Shown: positions 25,711 through 39,408 of the stretch, piece after piece
Position numbering within the stretch: the stretch's first letter is position 1
Layout: each line of letters begins with the position of its first letter
From: Mustelus asterias
Lineage: Eukaryota
Assembly (NCBI RefSeq): GCF_964213995.1
Contig: NW_027591158.1
Location: 1-64,000 of the forward strand
DNA length: 64,000 nt
Direction of reading: 5' to 3'
Notes under the pieces: generated by a model
The model's database searches: none
Seen by the model: only the letters and a program-made list of their open reading frames with translations
What the model was told of the DNA's origin: nothing
Made by a program: the position numbers and the translations under genes

Positions 25711-26464
25711 CTGTTCCCTTGTACATTAAATCAGGACCTCTCCAATCCGGTTGCTCAGCTATTGGGTCCCATTTTCAATCCACGTCACTGATGAGGATTT
25801 CGCTTTGTACTGAATCACTTACTAATCCGATACTCCTGGTGCAAGAATGCTGGTCCGCAGTATGGAATGGACATTCAGCTGCCTCTCATATAGAGAGACA
25901 AAGTTACAGAATTTCCAGTAACTGGTTTGCTTGTATCCAAAGCAGCTCAGAAATCCTTGGTAAAAGCCCGAAATTGTTGAACAAACGCAGCACGTTCGTA
26001 TTTTGCTAACTCGACTGTTTGGAACTGGGCGCTGTCGTGTATAAAATACAGATGTTACCCGCTACACGACACAAAGAATGTCGAGCGCCAAACTGAATGA
26101 ACGTGAATATTTTCTTATGAGTCCACCTCCTCCAAAGACAACCTTTTCCCAGATATGGGTCACTGAGATTCTGTCACTCAGCCGCTGTCCTCAGCAGTAA
26201 AATAAGAAGTCTCACAACACCAGGTTAAAGTAAGAAGTCTCACAACGCCGGCATCTCCACATCATCTCAGCAGTAAAGACAGAAGGAGAAGCGGTGACTT
26301 TACAATGTATCTATAATATTAAATGTTACTCTCTGAAAAGGGGAAAATTCTCAACATGTCAACGGAGTCGCCTTTGTACCTTCTTGTTTGTAAGGAAAAT
26401 AAACCAAATTAGTCTGTTGATCCCTGGCATTATTCTGATTTATAACCATAAGCCTTTAAGACGA

Positions 26465-26765
26465 TAAGATATAGGAATAGCATTAGACCATTCGACCCAT
26501 CGAGTCTGCTCCGCCATTCAATTGTGGCTGCTAAGTTTCTCATCCCCGTTCTCCCGCCTTTTCCCGGAAACTTTGATCCCCTTGCAAATCAAAAGCATAT
26601 CTACTCAATGACCTGACCTCCACATCCTTCTGTGGCAATGAATTCCATCGATTCACCACCCACTGGCTGAAGAAATTCCTCCTCATCTCTACTTTAAAGA
26701 ATCGTCCCTTTCCTCTGAGGGTGTGCCCTTGGATCCTCGTCTCTCTTACATGGAAATATCTTCCC
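26465..26765 (-). mobile_element. CR1-like LINE 3' fragment
   Basis: GHTLRGKGRFFK.EMRRNFFSQWVVNRWNSLPQ. Confidence 0.8.
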
Positions 26766-27293
26766 CAGCACCGCGCACTTTTCCCAAAGTCTTGGTATGC
26801 TCTGGACTTCGGTGTACCCGGGATTTGAACAGAGAATTCCAGCAATGATGCCCGCATCATTTTACGATGTAAGTAGGAAACGTAACAAGGACTTTCTACA
26901 GAGCACCCATTCGGATTCCTGGGCAGCATTTGTGCCTTGGTATGTGTTGGAGTGAACCCTGAATCGACTCAGCAGCCAAATGCGAACTTGCATTAAACAA
27001 CATTTGTCAGCAGAGGGCGCCAATCTCGAGCCCGGTTTTGGAGTGGGGAGGGATGCCGGGGGGAGGGGGGGCGGTGCTACAATCTCACGTGACATTATCA
27101 CTGGAGCCTGTATGGATGGTAGGCTGCTGAGGTCACAATAGACTCCACTTCCCCTCCCCACACTCACACCCACACAGACAAACTGACTCACACTCACTCA
27201 CACTGCAATCAACGGAGCAGAGCCTGGGTTCCCGCTCCCTTCCTCACTCTCTGACTCCTCCATTCTCACTCACTGGAATAAATCCACTCGGAC

Positions 27294-27781
27294 ATGTTTC
27301 TGATCATTCTGCTGGCGCTCTTGCACAGTAAGTACCGGACAACGTTCATCAAACCACGGAAACATATTTATACACAAAGATGCCAATTTAATTAACCATC
27401 AAAAATATCCATGTGAGGTGGAGATGGGAGGTTCCACAAACTATAAATTTACATGAACTCTTGATATTTCATTCCTCTACCTTTACAGGCGGACTGTGCG
27501 CAGATCCAGTAACTCAGTCACCGGTGACAATAACAGCATCAGAAGGGGATTCGGTGCAGTTGGATTGTAACTATACAGACAAGGAAATGAGCTTCATGCA
27601 ATGGTATCAGCAGAAACCGGCACAGCCACTGAGAGGGATTATTACCACAACATTAGTAGTGAAGGAAAATAAAGTTTTAGGACGATATCTGGCGGCTGCT
27701 GACAAGTCCACACAGAGCGGCTCCCTCAATATAAGCGCCCTCAGTTTGGAGGACGGGGCGGTCTATTACTGTGCAGTGAGG
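27294..27781 (+). CDS. TCR alpha/delta-type V segment V5 (leader 27294-27327, V exon 27489-27781), paralog of V2
   Basis: MFLIILLALLH then A|gtaagt; DPVTQSP...LDC...WYQQKP...EDGAVYYCAVR. Confidence 0.92.
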
Positions 27782-27820
27782 CACAGTGTTGGGTTACAGC
27801 GAAAACCCTGTACAAAAACC
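27782..27820 (+). other. RSS of V5: CACAGTG-23-ACAAAAACC
   Basis: Perfect consensus, counted directly. Confidence 0.95.
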
Positions 27821-28279
27821 TCAGCGAGTATTTACAACTCCATGAAGATGTTTTGATCACGAGTTCACGAAGGCGGCGATTCTATTTACCAGACAATTTG
27901 ACCTTGTTCAAATCATCATAGAAGCACTTTGGTAAATCTCGAGATTAAACCCCAGGCCGCGAATTATATAGTAAGCAGATACCAGGAGTATCCAGCTATC
28001 AGCTGAAGGATGCGCTCAGAAGTGGAGGTAATATAGCAGAAAATTACCGGCTGTTCATCCAGAATTGTTAACTCAGCTGAGCCCACGGACACCGACTCCT
28101 CGGCATTCGTTCCTATAACTCAATGCAGAATGGATCAAAGTCTGCTGAAGTTCATAACAAATGAGATGTAGAATAACCTCCACACAGACTCACTTAGCAA
28201 CACGACTATTGTTATAAATCCGGGACACAGAGACTCACCTCGCAGCACGAAGATAGTCTATTCCCACAGCTGACATTGG

Positions 28280-28875
28280 TGTATTGTGTGGTGGTGAACT
28301 GCCTTCTTGTGGTACCTGAGGTGCAGGTACACACACTGTGCTGTTAGTGAGGGAGTTCTAGTGATTTGACCCAGTGACCGTGAAGGAACATCGATATATT
28401 TCCATGTAGGGATGTAGAATAACTTGGAAGGGAACCTCGAGGTTGTGGTGTTCCCATGTGCCCGCTGCCCTTCTTCTCCTAGATGGCAGTGCTCGTGTGT
28501 TTGGATTGTGCTGCCTAAAAAAAAAACCTTGGTGAGTTGCTGCAGTGTATCCTGCAGATGGTGCACGCGGCTGTCACTGTTCGTCTGTGGTGGCAGGAAT
28601 GAATGTTCATGCAATGGGTAGCAATCAAGCGGGCTGATTTGTCCTGCATTCTGTCGAGCCTCTCGAGTGTGGTTGCAGCTACACTCATCCAAGCAAGTAG
28701 AGGGTATTCCATCTCACTCCTGACTTGTACCTTGTAGATGGTGGACAGGCTTTGGGGAGTCAGGAGGTGAGTTACTCGCCGCAGGATTCCTAACCTTTGA
28801 TCAGCTCTGGAAGCCATTGTATTTATATTCCTGGGTCCAGTTCAGTTTTCTGTCAACTCCCAGGATGTTGATGGG
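28280..28875 (-). mobile_element. LINE fragment (second CR1/L2-type family)
   Basis: QRLGILRRVTHLLTPQSLSTIYKVQVRSEMEY; a related piece lies at 36300-36640. Confidence 0.8.
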
Positions 28876-31089
28876 GTGGTGGTTGAATATCTGTTAAGTC
28901 CCATCTCATGTGTACCCATATACAGATGGATAGACATAAGATGGTTGCCTGGCACACAAACAGTCACCTGGGAAAGAGACATTAAAGTCAAATCGGTTCT
29001 CTAGTGCAGTCCCTCTATTCTGGGGGTGTGTGCCGTGTGCTAGATTCTCCTACTAATGGAAATATCTTCTCCACATCCACTCTGTCCAGGATTTTCAGTC
29101 TGCTGTATTTTTCAATGACATTCCCCCCTCATCTCTCTAAACTCCATCGAATGCAGATCCAAAGTCCTCAGCTGTCTGCGGTTTTATTTGATCGGCCTAA
29201 CACGCTCATATTGAATGTTATTTATTTTTTGTGACGGTTTCTCAAGAACACTAATCTCATTGTGCGTGACCTGGTGACGCTGAACTCTTTATCCTCCGCG
29301 GTAGATTTCAGAGAGTTGCGATTGTAAATAAAACAATACGCGATTTGTACAACAGTGGATTTAGATGTTGATCCCGTGAGGGGAATAAATGCAGCAACAC
29401 AAAAAACTTCAAGCTGAGGAATGAAGATAAACAAAGAACAAAGAACACAGAACAGTACAGCACAGGAAACAGGCCCTTCGGCCCTCCAAGCCTGTGCCGC
29501 TCATTGGTCCAACTAGACGAATGGAAAGACAGTGGGTGAATTCGAGCCCGAGACCGTGATAGAAGTCAAGGCACAGATTAGGAGGGACAGATGGAGTTAC
29601 AGGGATATAAACACGAGGAAAGGGAATGAGAGAAATGTGCGAGAGGCAAGGAGATAAATAGAGGGACAGACAGTAAGATAAATGAGGGAGAGACGGAGAC
29701 AGGAAGGGAAATAGATGAAGGTTCGGTGAAGGAACTGTGAAGGGAGCAGTTGCAGATTTATGGAGACAGTACAGACGAAAACATAAAGAGAGACCAAAGA
29801 TGTGCGGGTTCGGTTGATTGGCCGTGCTAAAAATTGCCCTCAGTGTCCTGAGATGTGTAGGTTAGAGGGATTAGCCGGTAAATGTGTAGGGATATGGGGG
29901 TAGAGCCTGGGTGGGATTGTGGTCGGTGCAGACTCGATGGGCCGAATGGCCTCTTTCTGTACTGTAGGGTTTCTATGATTTCTCCATCTGTCCCTCCTAA
30001 TCTGTGCCTTGACTTCTATCACGGCCTCGGCCTCGAGTTCACCCACTGTCTTTCCATTCGTTCATCTTCATTCCTTAACACAACATAATATAACATAGTA
30101 CATGATACCGACAGGGTTATTTCCGAGAGCCTCTGGACGCCTTGGGAAACCAGACCAGCAGCAGAACCGCCGAGTAAAGCTTCCCGGACCCGCTGCAGTA
30201 AACACACAAACATGGTGAGGCACCGCCATCTGGCGGCAATCTGAGGTAACTGGTCATTTCCTGCAAAATCATCGAATTCTCAAATTACAGAAGGTCGTTA
30301 CTACTGGTGATTATGTTGCATTATTCTTGTTCATCCTTTTACTATTCCAATGCAATTGAACACAGTTGAACGTATACATGAGAGATAATAACATCGTTAT
30401 TTTAATTGCTGGCGATTCGCTTTATTTAATTAATAGTGGTTATAAAACTCATTCTAAACAATATGAAGCCCTCAAGATTCCGATAAGATGCCTTTTCTAA
30501 AATAACAACACAAGATGTAAATATGACCCTGGATTCACATTCATCTCCTATCTTCTTTAGTTATTTACATTTAAATATTTCCATCATAATGTTACCTCGT
30601 AACTTCTGGTTATTAACGTTTTCTACATTTGTTGCACCAAAAGAATGAGTAACTTAGTGGATTCATTGAAATAGGAGAGTGAGGGAAATCGGATTGTCTG
30701 AACTCTGAATTTTAGGGAGAAGGGGAGAAAGATAAGAACGGAGAGCCAGTGCGAAGACAGAGACGGTCAGAAGCAGAGCAATGGGGGCGAGACAAACAGA
30801 GGCGGAATGACAGAGCGAGATAGACAGGCCACAGACGGAGAGAGAGCAGGGGAATCTGAGAAAGACAGGGAGAAAGAGAAACTCAGAACTTATTAGTCGA
30901 GCTAACGCTGATTGATGCCCGACGATCATCAATCCTGAGAAAGCGGCCAATCCTGTCGCTGGGAAACGCCCCATAATTTCTGAGTAAATTACGTTTCCGC
31001 TGATGTGAATTTCCGCTTGAATATTAGAACAGAAATGTCAACACATTTCAAATACTGCTTCATTTCTGCCGAACCCGAAACCAGACACC

Positions 31090-31632
31090 ATGTGCTCCTT
31101 ACTTTGTTTGCTGATAATAATGGTCTTGCTGCCCGGTGAGTCAATAAACTCTGACAAAGTGCCATCCTGACTTGAAACATTATCTCTGTTCGCCTCTCAC
31201 AGATGTTGTCAGATCTACTGAAAATTTCGAGCATTTTCTTTTTTTGAGTCAATGTTTAAATGATCAGTGTCTGTCCCATGGGCTCTCTTCCCTCCCAGAT
31301 ATTGAGTGTGTTCTGTGTTTTGTTACAGGGGCAAATGCTGAAGATTCAGTGTTTCAAGATCGATCTGAATTATCGGTTCTGGAAGGACAGAACGTAACAC
31401 TGGACTGTAAATGCTCGACAGCTGCTTTTCAAGCTGTGTTCTGGTACATCCAGTATCCCGGGCAAGCTCTGAGATATTTGATGAAGATATATGGCTCGGG
31501 CAATACCGATAAGTCTCCGGATTTCTCAGATAGATTCTCGGCTGCTTTGCACAAAGGAAACAATACTGTTCCTTTAAATATCGCCAGAGCTGTTCTGTCC
31601 GACAGCGCCGTGTATTTCTGTGCCATGAAGCC
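31090..31632 (+). CDS. TCR alpha/delta-type V segment V6 (leader 31090-31135, V exon 31329-31632)
   Basis: MCSLLCLLIIMVLLP then G|gtgagt; EDSVFQ...LDCKC...WYIQYPG...SDSAVYFCAMKP. Confidence 0.92.
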
Positions 31633-31670
31633 CACACTGGGACAGATGAAGCGAACACCGCACAAAAACC
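31633..31670 (+). other. RSS of V6: CACACTG-22-ACAAAAACC
   Basis: Spacer counted as 22 bp. Confidence 0.88.
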
Positions 31671-34600
31671 CCAGACTGGGAGTTCCGGTTAGTGATCAGC
31701 AGAGGGCGCTCCCGCACAGGATCACAAACAAAATATCAAAACAAAACACAACACTCAACACGAACATCTGAGCCACAGTTGAATTTTTAACTTGCAACAA
31801 TACTAAAAATACATTCACAGTTCCTTAACTCACGCTTCAACCTTTGATGACATTTTCTTGCCTGTGTGAATTATTGTGCAGCACTTTCCCCATCTTCACT
31901 CTCCTTTTCAAGGTCTCTTTGATCAACGGGTCTATTTGATCAGAGTATTTTGCTGCCTAAGGGACAGTTTATATTGGCATATACATTTCGCAAGGTTGTC
32001 ATTGTGCTATTTAAAACAATCACTGAGAACAAGTTGCCATCAATGTTCATTCTCATTTTGAATGTCTGTCAAATGTTTTCTGACACAAATCACAACCCAG
32101 TGTTTCTCTGTTACAATAATCAGACCAGCGACTTCATTCCCACCCCTGGCCCCCAACAATATAGCGATTTTCCGAATGAGCAAACTGATTATATCTCAGC
32201 TTGGGATATTTCTGCTCACTGAAACCCAGGTCTCCAGCTATAGGGCTAAAAACACCACTGCGACACGTTTTTTTTTCTTTCAAAAATATACTTTATTCAC
32301 AAAAAAAAACTCTCCAATAAAACATTGCAAAATGGCACTGTAAGGCAGCAGTAACCACTGTGCCACTGTGTTCAGTAAACCTTTTTCATTCGACAAACTT
32401 CTTTTTAAATTTACTGTCCAGAGAATTCTGCCTTTACCACAAAGAGGTCAGGGAACAGATAGAGAGAAACCATTTGTGTCCAGAACATTGTGAACATCCT
32501 TTTACTCTGGTTGTCTTTGATCCTCAAGTCTTTTTCTGTTTGTTTTAATCATGTTCTGTTTCATTAATAAACTTTTATCAGTAAAAATATTTGATTTTTC
32601 TGGACTTTTCCTGATGAGATTGATGCACTTTCGGGAAAGTGGGTGAGAGGGGTTGGCAGGCTCTTTAACAGAAAGTGAGTCCCTCTAAGGTAATTGACAA
32701 AGGAGCCAGAGGGGGAGATGAGATTTTATTTTATTTTTTGACGCAGTGAGTTGTTCTGATCTGCCTGAAAGCAGATTCAATAGAATCGTTCCAAAGGGTA
32801 AAGACTTGAAAGGAAAGAATTTGCAGGGCTGTGGGGAAAGAACAGAGCAGTTGGATGAATCAGAGAGTCCTTTCAAAGAGATAGCAGAACATGATGGGCT
32901 GAATGGACTCCTCCTGCAGCCTGGCAATCTCAGCCTCCTGCTTTTGTGCAGGTTAAAAGGGACAGATTTCATTGCAGCCTCTTCCCTGTATCTGTATTTA
33001 AAGAGACAGGTTTCTCTTTAGTTCTGAGTGACCGATATAATTGGTTGGAGGCCCATTTCCCAGTCAGTCCTCCAGCACCTTCCTGTCTCTCTATTAGTGC
33101 GTCGCCCATGGCAGTTTCCCAACTGGGGCGCAGGCCCCATTATTCTCAGCTAAATTCAGCCCTCAGCTCCGTCGCCTGGCTGTCATTAACACGAGCAATA
33201 GAGAGACAGAAAGGTGCCACAGGCTCAAATGGGAAGTCGAAACGTGTGGCTTTAAATGAACTGTTAGCATCTCTGACGATCAACAATTTTTAAAAATGAA
33301 TTCTGAACCCAGTAAACAAATTAAAGAATCACATGACAAAACTTCAAGTTTTCTGATGTTTATTCCAACAAACTGGAGGCAACAATGATTAAACACTTTT
33401 TTATAGGGAACATAGCCCTGAAACTGTAAAATTAAACTTTGCCCTTTTACTCTTAACACCATTAAATATCCACTCAATGGATATATTTTATTTTGCCTTG
33501 GAATGTTGACACTCCTTCTCCAAAAACCAGCCCAAAGTGATTCTTTCCTCCCCAAGGGTTTATTTCCATTGTTTTCCTTTTCCAGTCTGGCAACCTTTAA
33601 TCCCAGAACTGTCCTTCACAGTGATGGTTCTCCTGGACATTTTCCCACTAACACAAGCAAGGCGAATCTTCCAGCCTTGGTTCACAATTCTCAGGAATTT
33701 GTGACCAACATTCGACATCGGAGCAGAAGTCGGCCATTTGGCCCTTTGAGTCTGCTCCCCCATTTATTTACATCATGGCTGATCTATTTGTGTAGATTTC
33801 CACATTCCCGTTCTACACCCGATATTTTTGATTCCCTTATCCAACAAGAATTGGTATAAAGGCAAAATTCTGCTGTTGTTGGAATCTGAAACAAAAACAG
33901 AAAATGCTGGACAATCTCAGCAAGTCTGACAGCATCTGTAGAGAGAGAATGGAGGCAACATTTTGAGTCAGGATTACTCTTTGTCAGAGGTGAAGGCAAG
34001 GAAAATCGGAAAAAATTGGGAAGCAATCTATTAAACCTCCTCTGAACCACTTTCAATGCATTTGTGTCATTTCTTAAATAGGAGACAAAGCTGCACCCAG
34101 TGTTCAAGATGCAGTCTCAGCAACGCCCTGTATAACTGAAGCAGTGATGTGGAGATGCCGGCGTTGGACTGGGGTAAGCACAGTAAGAAGTCTCACAACA
34201 CCAGGTTAAAGTCCAACAGGTTTATTTGGTAGCAAATACCATAAGCTTTCGGTAACAGAATCTCCATGACCCAGATCGGAAAAACATGTTCGAACGGAAA
34301 CAGAGCAGACCGACTGAATCCGTAAGATTCAGTTCAAAAACAAGTTTGTAAAATTAAAGTGAATATGAAATGCGTTTGGTCCATAAGTACCTGTCAGGAA
34401 GGTTCCCCGCACAATCGAGATGCTGAGTAGCAGCATCGTTGTTGTCTGCTCTGTAAAAGGGGAGTTGGATATTTGAAGACACCCTTTCCAAACTTCACCC
34501 TGTATATGTTGCTGCCGTGTCTCGGGATGCTCTCACTGCATTTCCCTGTGTCCGCGGGGGTGCTGTGGGGTTGGCAGCTGGTGAACTGTCTGCCAGTGAA

Positions 34601-34949
34601 TGGATTCACCCCGAGCTGGGTTCACTCAGTGTTCTGATAGGGCGAATGGTTCCCCAGTTAGACACGTGGGACGAGATTTGTAACCGGAAACATGGGGTCA
34701 CTGATGGGGTTTATTTATTCCGGCTTCAATTCTTCATCTCCGATTCCAGTAGAATCGATGCCAGTGAATGTGGGCGGATAAAACCCGAGTCTCAGCTTCT
34801 TTCATCAGTTCGACAGAGAGACGCCCCAGTTGGACACGAAGCAGGTGTTTGACTCCTTGTAAATTCTTCCGAATATTAAACCCAGGTCCTGGTTCTGATC
34901 TGAACTCCCTGGACAATTACTTCAGCAGAAATTTCATATGATCTGAAAA

Positions 34950-35282
34950 ATGCTCCGAATTTACAGACTCTCTTTGCTGTGTTTCACTCTGACCTGCACT
35001 GGGGTGACTGGAGCAGATGAGGTGATGCAGCTTCCTCGGCGGAAGGTTGTTAGTGAAGGGGGAACCGTATCCATGAACTGCACCACGATCACTACATTTA
35101 GCAACCTACATTGGTACAGACAGTCCCCGAATCAGCCACCCCAGCATCTGGTGATGGCCACAAGAGAAACCGATCTACACGAGGGGATCACAGCCTCAAT
35201 CGGCGGAGGCTACAAATTCAGCGCCCTGACTGTGAGAGACGCCGGAGTTACAGACACCGCCACCTATCTCTGCGCCGTGAGC
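34950..35282 (+). CDS. TCR V segment V7, single-exon leader+V
   Basis: Continuous ORF MLRIYRLSLLCFTLTCTGVTG-ADEVMQ...MNC...WYRQSP...TDTATYLCAVS with no intron. Confidence 0.88.
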
Positions 35283-35321
35283 CACAGTGTGACAAACACA
35301 GGGAGAGCCCATGCAAAAACC
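35283..35321 (+). other. RSS of V7: CACAGTG-23-GCAAAAACC
   Basis: Counted directly. Confidence 0.93.
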
Positions 35322-36931
35322 TGCATCGACAGTGAGAGCCACTCTGCTGTGTCTGCAGGAGCGGCAGAGTGAGTGATGGGATTATTTTTTAAAATCCGTA
35401 AAGAAAGGAAATGAGCGCAACACAAAATAAAACATACAATCTATTTATTGAAATCCCGTTAAAATGAAGATAGTTGAAAACAGATGGAGAAGAGGAACGA
35501 GGGAACATGTAAACTAGACTGAGTGAGAGGAAAACAGAACATAGGAAAGTTCAGTTATCATAGGAGAAGTGGACAGAAAATGAATAAACTGTTGAAATAG
35601 AAATGGAAGAGATTGGAAAGTGTGATAGACAGTTTAAAAATCAGGTAATATCATGAATAAAGAGGGGATGGCCTAGTGGCATCATCGTGAGATTATTAAC
35701 CCAGAAACTCAGTTAATATTCTGGGGACCCCGGTCCGAATTCCTGCACGGCAGGTGGTGAAACTTGAATTCAATAACAATTTAGAATCTACTGAAACCAT
35801 GAAACCATTGTAGATTGTCGGAAACACCCATCTGGTTCACTGATGTACTTTAGGGAAGGAAATCTGCCGCCCTTACCTTGTCTGGCCGACATGTGACTCC
35901 AGAGCCACCGCAATGTGGTTGACTCTCAACTGCCCTCCAACGAGAGCCCGTGACGCCTAAGTCTCACAAATGACTAAAATAAACGCTGATATTTACGAGA
36001 TATTTAAACGGCTGAATTTCCTGAAACATCTCCTAAAATCCGGGCACTGGAAACTGCCCTATCGACAAATTTGCACTTTGCTCATTATCCGCACATTGAA
36101 AGTTTCACAACCTGTGAACCTGTGATGGGTGTGTCGAGCTGCGGTTCCTAAGGGACCGTGTGAGAGAACTGGAACTGCAGCTCCGGGATCATCGTCTGGT
36201 TAGGGAAAATGAGGAGGTGACAGACAGGAGCTATCAGCAGGTGGTCACACCAGGGCCAAGGGAGGCAGACAAGTGGGTAAGTCTGGAGAATTCAATTCAC
36301 ACCCCTGACTTGTACCTTGGAGATGGTGGACAGGCTTTGGGGAGTCACGAGGCGAGTTACTCGCCACAGGATTCCTAACCTTTGATCTGCTCCGGTAGCC
36401 ACGGTATTCATATTCTTCGGTCCAGTTCAGCTTTCGGTCAACTCCCAGGATGTTGTTGGGGGTGGGGGAGAGGAAGGGGGGGAGCAGAGGGGAGGATTCC
36501 GCGATGGCAATGCCATTGAATATCAAGCAAAGTTCGTCAGATCCTCTTCTTTTGGAGACGGTCATTGCCTGGAACCTGTGTGACCTGAACGTTGCTTCCA
36601 CTTATCAGTCCAAACCTGAATATTGTCCAGGTCTTTCTGTATTTGTGCAGAGACCAAATGTCTGATTCCAGACAGTGTAGTATCATGTTTAAATTAAAGA
36701 ATGCGGATGATTTCCTCACCATAAAGCCCACACTCACTGAGCGACTGTTCCTTCAATCGGATTAGTTACATCCTGACTCTCAATATGTCTGAGAAAAGGA
36801 AAGTCGCTGTCAGGAATTGCAAAGCCCCGGGTAACCCCGCTCACCTGCTCCATTTCCTGCTCTAGTTCTGGCAGCTATTGCCTGCAGTCTGCTATTTGTA
36901 GGATTGCTGCAGCAACTGAAAACAGGCGTGA

Positions 36932-36970
36932 GGTTTTTGTACAGTGACGAGCGTCTTTCCTCTCAGTGTG
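36932..36970 (-). other. RSS of V8: CACACTG-23-ACAAAAACC
   Basis: The + strand reads ggtttttgt-23-cagtgtg. Confidence 0.93.
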
Positions 36971-37380
36971 GGCTGTATCGCACAGTAATACAGAGCGGCA
37001 TCCGCGCTCTCCGTGTTTTCAATAACCAACTGGCCCCGTTTGCCCGCAGTGGAAAGTTCCAATTCGAACCGGTCTTTTCTCTCTTTGCCATTCGATGATC
37101 TGCTTATTATCCACTCGAGTCTCTGACCGGGTTTTTGTCTGTACCAATACATTCCATAAATGCTGGACATCTCATAACTGCAGTTTATCAGCACCGAATC
37201 CCCGCTCTGGACTGTTCTCGCTGTGGGAGTTTGTGAAACTTGGTCCGAGCGACACCGATCTATAAAAAAACATTCATACAGTGAGACACTGGAGCAAAAT
37301 TATTATAAATAAATAGCTCCACAAATAAATATCCTGCGCTTACAAGTTAGCACCACCAGAATGATAAGGAACAGTTTCAT
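36971..37380 (-). CDS. TCR alpha/delta-type V segment V8 (leader 37380-37344, V exon 37259-36971)
   Basis: MKLFLIILVVLT then T|gtaagc; DQVSQTP...INC...WYRQKPG...ADAALYYCAIQP. Confidence 0.92.
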
Positions 37381-37879
37381 TTGCACCGTGTGATATAATA
37401 ACAATGTCAGTAAGAATACGGAGCACAGCTCACAGCAGAAGAGCATGGATTGAATCAACGTCTTCAACATTTGGCAAATGTAAGATGCACCAGATAAAGT
37501 TTCAGACACTTGGGTTTTCTGCAATCTGATTGGCTGGAATCAGACTCCGTGCTTCCGGTATCAGGATGTGGTTGTTGATCCGAAGCTGCTTCTCTTCCGG
37601 GTCACGTGTGAACAAATCAATTGTCCAAAAAACAGGACACTGCTTTACTGCAGTAACTGTCATTTATAAAAGTGGTTAAAGTTTAACTTCACCAATAAAG
37701 GCATGATTTTAAAATGAGGTTGCCCTCATTTTAAAGTTATGTATGATAAATGCGTGACCAATAATATGTTGGAAATATTGTTTCTCGATTTACTTTTGCG
37801 AAATATAATTGATTCCCCTTGTGTTTCAAACAGTCACATTTTCGCCACCTCTGAGGCACTCCACATGTCATTGCTATTT

Positions 37880-38455
37880 GTCATGTGGAGTTCTGGCGTT
37901 GGACTGGGGTAGGAACAGTAAGTAGTCTCACAACACCAGGTTAAAGTCCAACAGGTTTATTTGGTGGCACGAGCTTTCGGAGCACTGCCCCTTCATCAGG
38001 TGAGTGAAGAGTTCGGTTCACAAACAGGGCATATATAGACACAAACTAAATTACAAGATAATGGTTGGAATGCGAGTTTTAACAGGTAATCAAGTCTTTA
38101 CAGGTGCAGACAATGTGAGTGGAGAGAGGGTTAAGCACAGGTTAAAGTCGTGTGAATTGTCTCCAGCCGGGACAGTTATTGAGATTTTGCAAGCCCAGGC
38201 AAGTCATGGGGGTGACAGATAGTGTGACATGAACCCAAGATCCCGGTTGAGGCCGTCCCCATGTGTGCGGAACTTGGCTATCAGTTTCTGCTCAGCGATT
38301 CTGCGTTGTCGTGTGTCGTGAAGGCCACCTTGGAGAACGCTTACCCGAAGATCAGAGGCTGAATGTCCCTGACTGCTAAAGTGTTCCCCGACAGGTAGGG
38401 AACACTGCTGCCTGGTGATTGTCGAGCGGTGTCCATTCACCCATTGTCGTAGCAT
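37880..38455 (-). mobile_element. Penelope-like element fragment (GIY-YIG endonuclease C-terminus plus terminal repeat)
   Basis: LRQWVNGHRS...PVGEHFS..GHS...RRIAEQKLI..F.T...GLNRD; terminal sequence also at 26205-26265 and 34145-34252. Confidence 0.8.
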
Positions 38456-38514
38456 TTTGTTCTCATTTTATTACAACCAAGATTATCATCTCCCTGAGCT
38501 GACGTCAGCTGCGA

Positions 38515-38838
38515 ATCATAAAATCCCTACAGTGCAGAAGGAGGCCATTCGCCCCATCGAGTCTGTACCGGTCACAATCCCACCCAGGCCCCACTCCCGC
38601 AACTCCGTGCATTTACCCTGCGTATCCCCTGACACTCGGGTCAATTTAGCATGGCCAATCAACCTAACCTGCACATCTTTGGACTGTGGGAGGAATCAGC
38701 AGCAGCCGAAGGGGACCCACGTAGACAAGGGGAGAACATGCAAACTTCATACAGAAAGTGATCCGAAGCCGGAATTGAACCCGGGTCCCTGACACTGTGA
38801 GACAGCAGCGCTAACCATTGTGGCATCATGCCGCCCCG
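38515..38838 (-). mobile_element. tRNA-derived SINE (duplicate of 10250-10572)
   Basis: Near-identical reverse complement. Confidence 0.88.
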
Positions 38839-39083
38839 TAACCAGTGAAGCAATCACTGTTAGTTAATGATTTAATATAGCTGGCATTTTCCAATCACAT
38901 TCCTTCCCTGGCCGTAAACGTATTTCTAAAGTCTTTGCTCTCTCTCTGCTCTCTCCCACATAACCAGTTATTCTGTCTCATTAACTGGTTAACTCGCTTT
39001 CCTCAGAACTCAGTCCATCAATCTTTCTGAAGGCAGATCCTTTTTTTCTAATTCAGGTGAAAAGTGAAATTAATATAATTTAT

Positions 39084-39408
39084 GGGCGACACGGTGGCAC
39101 AGTGGTTCGCATTGCTGTCTCACAGCCCCAGGCACCCGGCTTCAATTCCAACCTCGGGTCACTGCCTGTGTGGAGTTTGCACATTCTTCCCGTGCCGGCG
39201 TGGGTGTCCTCCGGGTGCTCCGGGTTTCTGCCACAGTCCTAAGATGTGCAGGTTTGCTGGATTGGTCATGCTGAATTGTCCCTTAATGTCAAGGGGATTA
39301 GCAGGCTAAATATGTGGGGTTACGGGGATAAGGCCTGGGTGGGATTGTTGTCGGTACAGGCTCGTTGGGCGTAATGGCTCCTTTCTGTACTGTAGGGATT
39401 CTATGATT
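39084..39408 (+). mobile_element. tRNA-derived SINE (duplicate of 9715-10002)
   Basis: A/B-box head; gattctatgat tail. Confidence 0.85.
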
